Part shown: positions 32,886-33,141 of the stretch, piece after piece
How positions within the stretch are numbered: position 1 is the first letter of the stretch
Layout of the letters: each line of letters opens with the position of its first letter
Assembly: GCA_003614145.1 (NCBI GenBank)
Contig: KZ987743.1
Span: forward strand, 1 to 33,141
Source of the DNA: Piptocephalis cylindrospora
Taxonomy: Eukaryota
Length of the DNA stretch: 33,141 bases
Direction: 5' to 3'
The notes under the pieces: model-generated
The model's database searches: none
What the model saw: only the letters and a program-made list of their open reading frames with translations
Told to the model about the DNA's origin: nothing
Translations under genes and position numbers: made by a program

Positions 32886-33141
32886 AGGGCCAGTATAAGG
32901 ACAGCTGGCTCTATGAGTCTCAATCCCATGTGTATTGCCTTACTTTACGTCCCGGCGCTCTACTTTTCCCTATTCATTTGCTCCCTCCTGTGAGCGTGTG
33001 CATGTGTAGAAATGAGAGAGAGACGGTTTATACTTGCATTCCCTCCTCTCCTCCCTCCTCCCCATTTTTATGCCTAACTGCAATGACCATTTCTATTTTT
33101 TGCTCTTTCCGTATTCTAGTTGAATGGGCAGGAGCATTTGT

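Overview
Compact, intron-containing eukaryotic DNA that looks fungal: short GT-AG introns, mostly 65-105 nt, with purine/pyrimidine-skewed low-complexity spacers and microsatellites. An early-diverging fungus such as a Zoopagomycota mycoparasite is a low-confidence guess. Twelve protein-coding genes are supportable. In order they are an atypical Rho-like GTPase (-), SIN-type Cdc14 (-), yippee/Moh1 (-), an Mbp1/Res-type APSES-ankyrin transcription factor (-), an m-AAA protease subunit (+), a secreted Asn/Gln-repeat protein with two Cys-patterned lectin-like domains (-, broken by an assembly gap), Sec20 (+), a long intronless mitochondrial PPR-like protein (-), Pol III subunit Rpc31 (+), a PTAR1/Ecm9-like prenyltransferase alpha subunit (+), an alpha/beta hydrolase (-), and an Opy2-like membrane anchor (+). 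A thirteenth, low-complexity ORF has a possible KIX-like helix pair (+). Most notable: (i) three unrelated genes have their best start codon and N-terminus out of frame with the gene body exactly at a sense-strand poly-C run, one ending in a CCC-TAA 'shifty stop'. Homopolymer assembly error is the simplest explanation, but slippage or recoding is testable. (ii) The secreted repeat/tandem-domain protein is an adhesin or effector candidate. (iii) The Rho-like protein lacks catalytic residues and a CAAX box. (iv) A 42-bp motif is shared by two AT-richer gene-free islands 17 kb apart. No tRNA, rRNA, CRISPR array or intact transposon could be supported.
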